Under the pieces are notes generated by a model. That model saw nothing but the letters and a program-made list of their open reading frames with translations, was not told the origin of the DNA and made no database searches. Position numbers and translations under genes: made by a program. A stretch of DNA of 62,139 nt, counting the filler, from Sphacelaria rigidula (taxonomy: Eukaryota), in the NCBI GenBank assembly GCA_964200075.2. It is 10 parts of 10 records of this genome, joined end to end, with 100 filler letters (N's around TTAATTAATTAA, not from the genome) between each part and the next. Parts side by side here need not be neighbours in the genome. Positions count along the whole stretch, not along the records: positions 1 to 6,124 come from CAXNAA020022078.1; positions 6,225 to 12,348 come from CAXNAA020022079.1; 8 more parts are not named here. One strand, written 5' to 3'. This document shows, one piece after another, positions 1-11,760 of this stretch (positions within the stretch are counted from its first letter, which is position 1; every line of letters begins with the position of its first letter).

Positions 1-92
1 TTGTCGAGATGCGAGGTCAACGGTCTGATGACTGTGGCATGCATGATCATGAGTACACCCCCCCCCTCCGCCCTATCAACAAATGAGTACGC
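1..92 (+). mobile_element. 3' tips of poly(C)-ended retroelement (subfamily A at 1-66, subfamily B tip at ~77-92)
   Basis: GATGCGAGGTCAACGGTCTGATGACTGTGGCATGCATGATCATGAGTACACCCCC, then CAACAAATGAGTACGCCC; both match many other copies in the window. Confidence 0.8.
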
Positions 93-559
93 CCTCCCCC
101 CCTTCCCCCTATCGTAGGATGACTCATCTTATCTCACGGTTTCACACCAGGGCAAGGGCCTAACACCGTCACGCTCACCCCCGAGAACAGCATAATCATG
201 TCCATAGGGCATGCAGTGCAGTCAGGCGTGGTGCGTGCAGCAGTGCCGGGATTTTGTGCACACCGAACTAATTCCATGTAACAAAAGAGCTGCCTGTGCT
301 GATTTTCGGGGGCACCTGTCTTCCGAATCGAAAATGGAAGCTCGCAACACACTGTGAGAAACAAGCCGTGCAAATCCCGAGAACAAAGAGAGGGAAAGGC
401 ATGCATGAAACCGGCAAAACCCATGCCAAAACGACCCTGCTTGGCCCAGTTTAGAGGGAGCTTCACACTACAGTACTGGGTACGGTACTCGTGTCATGGC
501 GCTACCATGAGCCCGACGACAGTGCAATGACACCCTAGCACCCCTGCCCGTCAGTGAGG

Positions 560-3500
560 AATATTAAAAGAGTAATACACGCTTGTCCAAATCTTTCGCC
601 AAGGAAAATCTGGAAGCGAGAAAGACATCAACACATCGAGCATTGGTCCAATACCCGCATGTTGTGGGCTGCTTTTTACAGTGGGTGTTCCCTGCATAAA
701 AACACACAAGTGAGATGCAATTCGTAACACAAATCGGGCAGAACCGACCGGGGAACCGCTTCAGCAAGCGCATCACATAAACGTGTGGAGCGGGAGACGC
801 GAGTAGATACGCGACCCTGCTGCGATCTTGAAAACACAACGAAATTCACCCCCCATTGTTATCAGCAGTCGTACTCGTGACGTGGCCCCGTCTGTGTTTT
901 CGTCAACTCATTTCCCTTTTGCCCGACCATTCCCACGCTCGCTGTTGGTATTTCCCTCGCCTCTGTCGCTGGCATCACGATCGGATGGGCCTGACCAATT
1001 AATGAGCAGTTTCGCCCAGAGAATAGAGGGAGAGGGGAGACGCAGGGGCTCCTCCATTAGGACTTATTTAAGGTATATATCACTCACTTGGTTTTGACCG
1101 CCCATTAGGTTTCCTGCCATGTTGTAGTAGTGCGTCTAGGTCATTCGTAGATCTCTTCTATACCACGCCCAGAGAGTGCAAATCTACGCGGGCACCTCGA
1201 CCAACAATGGTTCTTCAAAAGCCAGGTGTGCATCCACATGCACATACCCACGAGGTTTTGAGAATGCCTAGAGCGGGGGTTGGTCATTTCCAATCCAGAG
1301 ACCCCCCTGGTTGTTAACCAAAATGGGCACGAAACTAGCCACGTGGATCTCTTGGGTGCTGTTGGCGCGTAGCTTCGGTCTAGCACATCGCGGCAACGGC
1401 GTCGTCCGGGCTCTACACTACGACTTCTCACCAAAAACGCCCATGAGCTCTAAGCCAGACATACACTAAAGCTCCGGGCTATTGCGTTGGCTTTGGGGCA
1501 ATGGGATATTCCCAAAGTACACGTTGAGAGCAGTGAGCAGACGATCCGCCGTGTTGGCAAACAACAGGCTTCTACGAATGTTTTGTAGATTATGACATGT
1601 CTCATGTGCGCAGAGTATTTTTTCCGCTTTCCGGTCAGAGCCAGTGTGCCCATGTTCTTTCTCTCTTATTTCCCCTCCATGTATCGATCTTGAGCATCAA
1701 GGCTAAACGACGGCGCGGAGAGGAGGACATGCGGGTAACAAATACAAATGGAACTTCTCGAAAAGTAAAACACAGTAGTACTGGGCCCTTGATGAAGTCC
1801 ATTTCCCCCTCGATTTTCCTGCGCAGTCGACTAATCGTTGGTACAATCGAAACCTCCCGCTATATGGTGCAATTTCGTGAACTCCGAGGCGCACCACATA
1901 GCGATCAAAATCGCTTGACACAATCCCGTTCAGCTACAGTTTTTCCAAGTTGTTGCCGTACTATATCGTATACTCACCCACCGTACGACAGTGGGATCCC
2001 ACTTTACAACCAAATACTCACTCGCATCGCCTCCTCCTTCAGAGTGGTCGCTACCTCCGACGCTGTTATCCTCGCCGCCAGATGAACGGTCGCCGTCGTC
2101 GTCGTCGTCGTCGTCGTCTTTTACATCGCCATCTTCCTTGGTGCCTAGTACCCCGCCGGCTGACAACAGTAACTGCTTCTCCTTCCACTCCACCAGGCGC
2201 GGTACCAGGAACTGCTCCATGTTGTCCGTTCCTTTCCAGCTGTTTCGCCGTCAACGTGAGGTAATATAGATGCGGCATGTCTTTATGGGGGGAACAATGG
2301 CGGCCGGAGTGCGGGGGAGGTGGGATTGTTCGCCCAATGCAGCAGCTTCGAGATCATTCCTCTGGATACCGGACACGTAACTCTCTCAGTCCCAAAATCT
2401 TCGTTGAACACGCGACCATGCTCATGTTGAGCATGTCTCAGCCGCTACATTATTGATCGCGCGTCCTCGAGATTGAAAGGGTTTGTCGCTACCTTATTTA
2501 CGGGCGACATATTTCCGCGGGGTTCTATGTTGGGACTCGAACATGAAGTGGGACCACCGGGCCACCCACTTCATCTCTATTTATATATGGCGCTACACTT
2601 GTGTCCCGAATTTTTTAGTGCCTTTTGCGGGACCCGTCCGTATTGTAGGATACCATTATTATACTAAGAGCTATCATCGATGCCAAATCTGTCCTTTTCA
2701 GTTTCAGCGAGATAAAGTTGAACCGGGGAAAGCTGTCGACTACAGAAAGCAATGGTCAGTGGGTGTTTGGTTAAAATGTCATAAGATCCGGTGAGATTAT
2801 CATAACGTGGAGTGAAAGTATCACAATCTTTGTGTAGTCCGAAACTGTTTAAATGCCACAAACCCTGCGACATCGAAGGGCGCTCTTTGTATGAACATCG
2901 CAGTGGGTGTATGTGTTCTACTCGTACCGCCCACAGCGTCCCAGAGGTTCCAGAGAAGAATCGTGTAATGTAGTTTCCCGAGCTGGCAGCTCAACTAGCC
3001 TCGTGGTTCTGCATTATGCATACCTTACCTGAATCGTGCTACGTTTTCGCTGTCAAGACTGACTTACTTTACCCTTTCTGCAAGCTCGGCGGGAGCCTCG
3101 TCCCAATCTCTTGGGGGTGGCGGATCCAGCATCTGTATGTACGCCGCCTGTCGACATGACAAATTGGGCAACCCCGACATTGCAAAACAAACCAAGATTG
3201 GTGACACAGAAGAACACATACTCATATGCCATGGTTCTGTTGGTACAGTCCAGCAAGGCTAACCGCTGTGCGTGCTCCATTCCCCGACTTGTCAGTCGCA
3301 CGGCTGACCGCAATCCAACATGTCAACTACAGGGCTAAGCTTCCTCGATGGGAAAAATAAGGTCTGAGACACACGTTCGCGCGGGTGAAGACTTGGTTTT
3401 ACGCGTATGATCAGCCGTTGTATGGCAGTGTCCATTTCTGGAATGGAGGGACGAGCTGCAAGTTCGACACGAGATACTGAGCGACTCGCGCGGATTTTCG

Positions 3501-3690
3501 ACAGGTCCAACAAACATGCAATCGGTAAAGTTGCGTAAAATGTAATGATTGCGACGTGTCAAATTATCAACGAAATGGTCAGCTTTGCCGAGTACATGAA
3601 TGCATATCATCAGATGCTGCCGGCAGGGGGGAAAAGGGGCCGACCCTCCCGTTATTGAACATACACCCCTTGCCCCCTTCAAGGGTTGGC
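560..3690 (-). pseudogene. Highly decayed multi-exon coding remnant of unknown family (possibly transposon-derived)
   Basis: Protein-like minus-strand stretches broken by stops, e.g. MLDPPPPRDWDEAPAELAERV followed by GTAAGT, an acidic D-run ORF at 1930-2220, and EIHVASFVPILVNNQGGLWIG. No family recognised. Confidence 0.3.
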
Positions 3691-3805
3691 GTCGGTTTGG
3701 AACGACGCTGTATAATACGTGACCTACTGCGTAAGAAAGGCATCCAGGTTATCGTGTTTTTTGCTCGCTTGGGACATATTTCCTGTGTCCATGATGGTGG
3801 TCCGG

Positions 3806-3945
3806 TTAGGTCATATTGTGCGGGGTGAGAGAGCATATGAGGGGATGACCCTACTTCTTAACCTCTAAGTAGTGAGACACCCATGAGGCAGTGGATTAGC
3901 CGTGGCTGTTTCTGGAGGTGGTGATGCCAGAAAATGAAGCAACCA
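3806..3945 (+). repeat. Interspersed repeat family C (SINE/LINE-like 3' end with (CAT)n tail); other copies at 31431-31545, 36687-36863, 49593-49681, 52186-52215
   Basis: Shared TCATATTGTGCGG...GAGACACCCATGAGGCAGTG...CCGTGGCTGTCTCTGGAAGTG; the longest copy ends GGCTGTCATCATCAT. Confidence 0.8.
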
Positions 3946-4002
3946 TGGGAGCTGTGATCCATATACAAAATAATCAGCACGCGTCAGGTCGAACAATCTT
4001 AT

Positions 4003-4173
4003 CAGGGTGCAGATCACCCCTCATGCGACTCGCCGATGACATCATGGCACTTCGGGCGTGGTGATTTCGAGCCTTGTCCGGCGAAAACCCGGCGTGCGTC
4101 GTCTCGACTTTGTAGGGATGTGACGTCAACGGACTTATGACTACGGCATGCAAGATCACGAGCAAATCCCCCC
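4003..4173 (+). mobile_element. Poly(C)-ended retroelement, subfamily A; other copies or tips at 5091-5141(+), 24234-24270(+), 24585-24627(+), 31178-31222(+), 35769-35841(-), 36988-37035(-), 41829-42000(-), 43287-43388(+), 49460-49586(+), 56017-56133(+)
   Basis: Consensus CGAGCCTGGTCCGGCGARAACCCGGCGTGCTCCGTCCCGGCTT.GTAGGGATGCG.GGTCAATGGTCT.ATGACTA.GGCATGCA.GATCATGAGTACACCCCC; common 3' end, variable 5' truncation. Confidence 0.85.
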
Positions 4174-5140
4174 TTGCCCGCGCTTCGTGTGAGTGAGTTG
4201 AGTTTCAAGGGAGAACTTGAGCACGTTCACCCATATTTCGACGACGCAGCTTCAAATTTGTGTCATCCCCACCCCAATGCCCTGCCATTGGAGGGAAGCA
4301 TGGACGAGTTCTAGGCGGGTGCGTGGGGCGCTAGTCCGCACTTCCAAGATCTGCCCTGATTTTTCTCCCGCAGCCTAAACCATGACCCTAACCCTACCCG
4401 CAGAAGTGAGGGTGATTCTCAGATGCGGATGTTGGGGGTAGTCGCCTCATCACGGAGCTCTTGCTCCGCTTTCGCTGCTGCTGAGCGTCCTTGTGCACAC
4501 ATGAGGTTGCACTGTGCGTCCATGTACACCAACGTATGATAAAGGAGCGGTCGAATTCCATCCGCTTTTAGGGTGAACACGTCTACGTTTCCGGCATGTT
4601 CTTCGTAGGTGACAACACACATCGAACTGACAGAAACGTTTCCGTAATTACGGTGGCCATTACCTTCTGGCGATAGCAGACTCAGGACTGCTTTTTATCC
4701 GTAATTCTACGTTTTTTTTGCCGTGTTCGTTCACACCGGCCGTTTATGCCCGACATCATTGAAGCTCGTATGGTATCGACTATCGCACACTGATGTTTTG
4801 ACTACCGCTTTCCTCTCAACGAGTCAAGAAACACGTAATGTCGAGATGATCACTTCGAGAACCAAAACTATTCAGTTACCACTACGGTGGTCGCTACAAC
4901 CAATGAGTGTAAGCTGTCAAAATATCATCCAATTGAGATCAACCACCCAAATATTACAGTAGTGGGCGCCTGCATTAGATATTGCTCAGAAGGGTTGTTT
5001 CTCCCGACTACTCTTCGGTAGAACTCGAAAGTGCTAGCGTCAGTAGATTTTGGTGAAATAAACAGATCGTCTCCTCCCCCAGTGCCCAGAGGTCTTGGTC
5101 TTATGACTATGGCATGCATGATCATAAGTACCCCACCCCC

Positions 5141-5545
5141 CCGGTGCCCAACTTAGTGTTCGTTGGTTTTAGCGGGCGATACAAGTAGATATCTTGTTTA
5201 TCAGGACGGTGTCATTGACCGTGAAACACAGTTTTTCAACTCTAGTGTAATGAGTAGGTAGAATTAAAGAGAACACACCTTTACATTTCTTCACAAACAC
5301 GATCGGGACAGGCTCGATCAACCGAGAATACCGAAGAGTCAGAATCTGGTGTGAATCGTGTCAGGACCCCCGATGATTGGTCAGCCCGTGAGTAACTCAG
5401 TATTGAGTACAGATGATTTTTTCCCTGAAAGGTGGAGCGGATACAAGTACCTTCAGATCCCCGATGTGATGAGCAGCGGCAAGCGAAAGAGCCTAAGAAA
5501 ATCGCCGATTACAAAGAAATTACAAAACTACTAGTTCGGGCGCGC
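5141..5545 (+). repeat. Interspersed non-coding repeat, diverged copy at ~25550-25997
   Basis: Colinear shared blocks GGTCAGCCCGTGAG, TATTGAGT.CAGA, GTGGAGCGGAT and GAAAATCGCCGA.TAC in both contigs. Confidence 0.7.
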
Positions 5546-5999
5546 ACTTGTCTCCACATAGACAAATAAGATGTGTCGGATAAGAGCAAATCTCTCGCGA
5601 AAAAAATGTCGTTCTGGCGTCGTCTGAAGCGTTTGATCGAAAAAAAAACGTTTTCGGGCATTAATTTGGTTCGAAAATGCTAAAACATCGTTCAAGAAAT
5701 GTTTGACAAATAGAACATGGCGCGTATGCGCCAGCCACATGGTCCATGGTTTGACAACGGCAAGCTAGTCTATAACTCCGACAGGGAACAGCTGGGCTAG
5801 CTCTAGTTGTATCAGTGTCCAACATTCTAAAACTTCAGCATACAGCTGCACATCAAGCGAAACTCCCTCGTTTGCCAACTCAAAGAGTCGATATGTCGTG
5901 AACGGGGGCGGACTATCAGAACTACTGGCGAAAATATTTTCAAGCAGTACATTTTGCACAGTGTTCCAGAGTTTCGGTGGAACTGATTCTAAACTTACA

Positions 6000-6124
6000 C
6001 TGGTGATGAAAATGCGAGCCCAGAAGAATTCTCGACGAGCAATGCTACGGTAGGGGTGTACTTTTTTCGCGCAATTATGTCTAGTTCAGAGGCTCCTAAC
6101 GATTCTAGATGCACAAAAATATGG
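6000..6124 (-). repeat. Fragment of the repeat also found at ~37720-38350
   Basis: AATGCTACGGTAGGGGTGTACTTT...CCTAACGATTCTAGATGCAC is the reverse complement of ~37890-37975. Confidence 0.75.
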
Positions 6125-6224
6125 NNNNNNNNNNNNNNNNNNNNNNNNNNNNNNNNNNNNNNNNNNNNTTAATTAATTAANNNNNNNNNNNNNNNNNNNN
6201 NNNNNNNNNNNNNNNNNNNNNNNN
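6125..6224. other. Artificial contig-joining spacer N44-TTAATTAATTAA-N44 (first of nine; others at 12349, 18573, 24797, 31021, 37245, 43469, 49693, 55917)
   Basis: Identical 100-nt spacer recurs every 6224 nt. TTAATTAATTAA gives stop codons in all six frames. Intervening contigs are 6124 bp (last 6123 bp), consistent with length-sorted unplaced contigs. Confidence 0.98.
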
Positions 6225-6539
6225 GAGCCTCGAGATGAACAACAGTGAAAACACCCGTCGACAATCAAACAAACGTTGTCATGCTCCGTCGCCCGCAGCT
6301 AACCAGGGATGGGCGGCATGTGAAACCACGGACGCACTTCCTACTCCTCCTCAAAATTGCGCATCAGCAGTGTCGTGTGGTACTCCTGAGGGCTTTTCGT
6401 CATTCAACGGCTAGGGTCTTCAAACCTCATTTCATTGATGAACCTCATTTTATAGAATCCCCTGTTTTTTGCTGATGACACAATTTTGGGTGATCACCGT
6501 GAACCAGCCTGTGGCGCATGCTCACGTCACGTCAAACGT

Positions 6540-8069
6540 ACCATACTCACCACATAAATGATGGTCGATTGTTCAAACAACGCACTTTCATTTCGACTTC
6601 AAGCTGGTTCACCGGCGAAACTTCACGCCGTTTTAAGGACTTGGACCCGAATTTTTGCGCAAGTGTTATTCGGGTCATTACGCAACTTTTCAAGGTCGAG
6701 GTTTTTCTGCTTCTTAAAAATTGTTTCACCGCTTTTCGGTGGTCCCAGGTTTCCCGGGTCACCTCTCATCAAGTCGGACCCCCGCGTGAAACGGTAAAAA
6801 CGAAACTAATCGAAAGACCTCGTTTATCCAGAGCTGCGCAATTACCCATAGAGCACTTGTGCAAAATTTCAGGGTCTAGCTCTTTGAAACGGCGTGAAGT
6901 TTCGCGCGTCTCTGCGATAAACCTTGCTGTTCCACGGTGAAACCGGAAACTACTAGATGTTAGTATTCAAACAGCGTTTTTCGGGCCTTCTTTCAATGGA
7001 ACATGAAAATTAAATCGTTAGTTTATTGACTTTGGCCCCGAAACTTGGGGGGCTCTTCCTTGGATTTTGCGGCGACAGGGCGGTTGCGAGAAAAGTGAAA
7101 AAAAAAATCGTATTGCCGGTTTCCCGGGGGCCCAGAATGAACGACTTCGAACAACCGAATTGGATCCCGTCGGACCCCCGAAAGATGGTGAAAAATACAA
7201 GTGGGAACACCTCGTTGATGTGAACTTGCGTAACAACTGATAGCATATTTGCGCCAAGTTTCGGGGTCTAACTCTTGTTGATTGCGTGAAGGTTTGCGAG
7301 TTTGTGCGAGGATTGTGAGCTTGAAACGTGCAAACTCCCAACTACTTGGTTTTAGTAAGAAAGCGTATTTTCTCAAGGAGTTTCACGTCAAGGGGAGAAA
7401 AAGTGTTTAGATTTCCGAGTTTCTCCACCAAACTTTGTACATGTTCCTTGGACTATACGAAGATGCATGGTGTTTTCCTTTTTTCTTTTGAGGCATTGCG
7501 TACCGCCTGCCGGGGGTCTCTGTGCTGGGACCCCCGGAAGCCGGTAGGGAACGGATAAACTTTGAAATATTGACGAGAACACAATTTTTCCCTTTCAATC
7601 ATCAATACCTACCAGACTGCCAAGTTTGAGGATGTGAGCTTTTCTACAACACATCAGGGAAGTCGTCACGAGGCTCCCCGAGTCTTTCGTACGTATTATC
7701 AGTGGAAAATAGACGACGCCATAACTCCGCATCACCAAATCATTACAGTTTCGGGCATATAATTTGACCCCGTTGGAGCCGTTTTCAGATATGTTTCTCC
7801 CATTAGATTCCCGAGGTGATTTGAGGCATGTGGAGATTCGATGGAAATTAGGCTTGGAATTCGTGTTTTCAATTTCTGAACAATTCAAAGGCGCTGATTG
7901 GTCGAGTCCATAGCGCCACCGCTATAGCCTTGAACAAAAATCCAGCCATGTCACCTTCTTCGTCTGTTCATTGCGGTCAGTATGATACCGTGTATGCGAT
8001 GATTGGGTGCGTATTGCAGAAGGCATTTGCTAATGACAGAATTTTGGGTCTTTTGCGTGAACCAGCCTG
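6540..8069. mobile_element. Non-coding arm of a large non-autonomous DNA transposon ending ...GTGAACCAGCCTG
   Basis: About 1.3 kb colinear diverged homology with 59656-60971 that ends at the same motif. A further terminus (GATGACACAATTTTGGG...GTGAACCAGCCTG) lies at ~6470-6510. Confidence 0.75.
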
Positions 8070-8074
8070 TACAA

Positions 8075-9583
8075 ATAAATGACAAAAAAAACAAGATTCA
8101 TACACCTACTTCAAGATCGCTCGCTTTCTACCTTTGACCCGAAAACCATTTTTCTTCTAAAAAACGCGTCAGCCTCAATCACATTGAGCCTCCACGGCGA
8201 CTCACTGCAGCACAATAAATGGGGAAAACCGGGAACAACAGCGACAACTGTCTCGGACAACTCACACGACGGAGACAGAATGCGAGATCCTACTTCTAGA
8301 CTTTAGTGAGGATAAGAACACAAGAACATCGGAGGAGAAAGTCGAACAAAAATACGCAGAAACACGAAAGTAGATACATGGAACGAAAGTCACCAAAACG
8401 AAAGACAAAAGCTCACGGTCCAGAAGCTGCCGAGAACACCATCATCCTATATATACTACGATATCAGTGCACGACGTCGTCGACTGCTGTTGTAGGCTCG
8501 GGCACCGAGGCGGTTTGCACTCCCAAACTTCTACCGTACTCGTTGTTCCTGTCCGTGTTCAGGATCTATTCTGGAGCCACACACCATACCTCTTATCCGC
8601 CAGCCCTACCGACATGCGCTACGGTGGCGCGGCGGCAGTAATTCATCACAAGACATGGAACATGCTATAAGCGCCTGTACAACAGCACGACAGTCCTCTC
8701 TTCTTCACCACACCATCCCAACAAAAAAAGCTACGACGCACGGCAGGAAAAAAGGTATACCCTCTACAACACAGCCCCATCACCACGATACGGTATACAC
8801 TCTAAAGCACGATTTCAACATGAAGATACACCCGATACTAGACACTTTGAAGAACAAGGACATTTCGTACACATTCAATTCTTACCGTAGGATAATCTAC
8901 ACCAACATCGAAAGCGATCTGACGTAATCATGTGAGAAAAGCTCGTTGCGCGGAAAGCCAGCGTGGAGCAGTTGCCAAAACCACTCCAATTCTCGTAGGT
9001 GCCTGAGTCTCGTCGGAGCGAAGGTCAACTCCGGGAACACAGAAGCAACGCGATTTTTTCGAAGATCGACACTCGTCCTTCAAACATGTCCCATTTCCGC
9101 CGTTCATGGAATACACGAAAAACAAGATATCAGATTTTCAAGGGGAAAAACAAACAGTAATCGTACCCCACCGCCGATCCCACGGCCCAGAGCAGTTGGA
9201 CTACATACCCACTCAAACCAAGCATCCTCTGCTCACAAGAGGAATCCGTTTCCACAACGAGGTCCCGATGTAGTTCCACATCAATTTTGGAACCGGGGCG
9301 GTTCTAGCAGGCCAACTGGCGCCGGCGCAGCCACAGCCAGTATGAACCAACTCAGCCCATCAGCCAAGGATTGAGAGCGACAACGAGATCAATTTTGGCG
9401 GCGGCGATTAGCCGCCGTCTCCGCTGCCTTCTTGCGGATGAGCGTGGACAAACCCACGATTTTGGCGGTTACGTCGGTTGTGACCTGCATTCGTGGTGGA
9501 AAGCCAATTGTCGGCGGGAACGTGAGCGGATACGTTAGGGCGAGGGCTGCCGAGGGACGTCAAGTGTCAGTCAAGGCGTGACA
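8075..9583 (-). mobile_element. Possible LTR / 5' region of an LTR retrotransposon
   Basis: On the minus strand it starts with TGTCACG at 9583, a common LTR terminus, and cuts off a coding-like segment. No clear CA end, PBS or pol motifs were found. Confidence 0.3.
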
Positions 9584-10764
9584 TCATCATCAACACGATA
9601 GCATCCGGCGAGGTCAAGTGTGTCGAAGTGTCTGAGCTTGGGCCGGGGAGGATGGGTGGGGAGGGAGGTGGGCAAAGGCTTCTCGAGTTGAGGTGTGATT
9701 TTTCGATAAGTTCTGTCAGGACTAGGATGCACAGTTGTTGACTACGTCCCAAAATACAGTGATCTCCTCTGTCATATCCAGAGTAACGGGAACTTTACTC
9801 ATAAAAACAAACAGGCAAAATAACAGAACAAGCCCAGCCACACGCGACATGCCAAATGGGGTTGCTGGTTCCAACCACTTCCACTAACCGGTCGCGACGC
9901 GCTTCCGTCACTGCCGTCAGTGTCATCCCCTCCGTCGCTCGCTGCACCGCCCCGACCTCCCCCGCTGTTACTCATCGCGGAAACCCGAAGCACTTCCACC
10001 ACCGCCAATCCCATCTCCGAAGTCTCTCTCAAACCACCGCCGCTGTCGCTGCCCCCGCCACCGACCGTGGACGACTCATTTACATCTTTGCGGCGACCAA
10101 CACGGTCGCGATTATTTCCCCTGTTGTTCACATCCACGCGCCTTCCTTGTTTATGAGTCGCCGCCGCCGCCGGTGCTACCCCGCCGGCACTGCTGCTACC
10201 TTCACGGTTACAGCTTGAGGCACCATTTGCTCCAGAGGAGTCATCATGATGATCATGCCGTCGTTTTTGTTTGTTGGATACAACCCCTAACACGGATGCA
10301 TTGTTGTTGTCGTTGCTACTGCTGGTGTTGTTGGAAGCGGCAGTAGTATTGTGCCCACGCGGAGGGGACAAGCGGACATAGCTCTTTTGCTTCCTGATGG
10401 TGAGTAGTTCGGTGTCGCGCGGGCTACAGGTGCTGGCTGTACTTGCGGTATCGTCGTCTTCAGCCAAGTCTCGGCGAGATTGTTTTCTGGCCCGGAGAGA
10501 CGACGATGATGGCAACACGGACGCTGCTCCTGGTGTTGGCGCTGTTGCTCTATGTGATATCGTTGGTGCCGGCCGCCGCGGGGACGGGGTCGTGCTTTCC
10601 GCGGAAAGAAGGCGGCACGCGCGTGCGTGACTGTACACCGCTGCACTGAACACCTGCACGTTTTGGTTTGGGAGAGAGCAAGCAACAAGCGGCGACATGT
10701 TCACGTGCTTCGAAATGTTGCCGACTACCACTCGCGTTGCAGCAGGCGCACATGGGCCACACAC
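9584..10764 (-). CDS. Fragment of a host gene: long low-complexity S/N/G-rich exon (9799-10764 ORF) plus a downstream LRR-like segment; possibly decayed
   Basis: 321-codon stop-free frame with low-complexity composition. At 9584-9645 one frame reads KLRHFDTLDLAGCYRVDDD, like the LxxLDLxGCxxVxD cysteine-containing LRR. Confidence 0.45.
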
Positions 10765-11035
10765 GCGTGTCGACTTGTGGGGGCTGCCGATTTCTCCTAC
10801 ACTGTTTGAGAGTGCAGCGTACGCTTTGGTCTCTGCCAGATATACGTGCTTTGTTTATTCTACGAGAGTCACACTCAGCACTGCCTGTACCTTCTGAACT
10901 GTCGGGGCAGCTTCGCCAGCCAGAAAGTGCTCAAGAGCCAGCGAATCTTCCCGGATCTTGAGTGAAACCTGCGTCCCCGGCATCATGGTGCCATGGGAAG
11001 TTGAGATCGCGGAGCGTCGTCGGGATGCAAGGTTG

Positions 11036-11294
11036 GACGGTTAGGACAAATCATCACGGGCTCGAATCACCAAATCCACGCTTTCTTCGGCCTGATTGCC
11101 CGAAAGGGAGACAAAAAGTTGACCGCTGGTCCAAGGAGTATCCACGCAACTTTTGCGCCATTCCACGTGTCTGGGTTGAGTGTACCTGGGCTGCAACGCT
11201 GGAAACAAAGCCAAGGGATTGATTCGTACGATTCGAATCAATTACACTAAAACCAAGCAATTTCCAGACGAATCATTGATTGGTCCGACCCTTG
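11036..11294 (+). mobile_element. hAT-type MITE
   Basis: Imperfect TIRs GACGGTTAGGACAAAT / ATTGGTCCGACCCTTG with a perfect 8-bp TSD CAAGGTTG (11028-11035, 11295-11302). Homologous to 40918-41180; another truncated start at ~12284-12348. Confidence 0.88.
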
Positions 11295-11402
11295 CAAGGT
11301 TGATGCAGCGTGGATGAAGGAGAAATCAGGTATTACGTATTGCACCGCGAGTTACCGAGTTTCATAAAAAATAGAGGCCATGATATGTGGTAATGTATGC
11401 CC

Positions 11403-11760
11403 GTCACCCCACTGGCTCAGATGGTAACCTCGGAACCATCTAACGGTAGAGTCATGGGTTCAAATCTCGGAGCGATCTAGGATTATTTCTCACACCATGC
11501 CCAACAGTGGAGAGCGATCATGTGGGTACACAAATTCGATGAAACGGTCGACGAGGGAAAGGAAGTGCTGAACCTCTCTCGCGATAAAAAACAAAGGCAA
11601 GCACCGTACAAGGACAGCGGTCAACAGAAGCAAATGAAAAAGAAAAACCTCCTTGTTAGCCTTTCCTCTTGTGTGACCCCGGCTGGTGCGCCCACATATG
11701 CCGAAAGGTGAAGGTGTAGAACAACGTCCAGAATAGATGGGACGGCGATACTCACACAAA
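11403..11760 (+). mobile_element. tRNA-derived SINE (family 1)
   Basis: A box TGGCTCAGATGG (11413) and B box GGTTCAAATCT (11457), then a body colinear with 46952-47300. Confidence 0.85.

Noticed and set aside
20..60. Hammerhead ribozyme in subfamily A (CTGATGA)
   Set aside because: No GAAA after a stem II, and CTGATGA is not conserved among copies.
6169..6180. TTAATTAATTAA as a biological motif (e.g. piggyBac target site)
   Set aside because: It sits inside N-runs at fixed spacing and is a synthetic linker.
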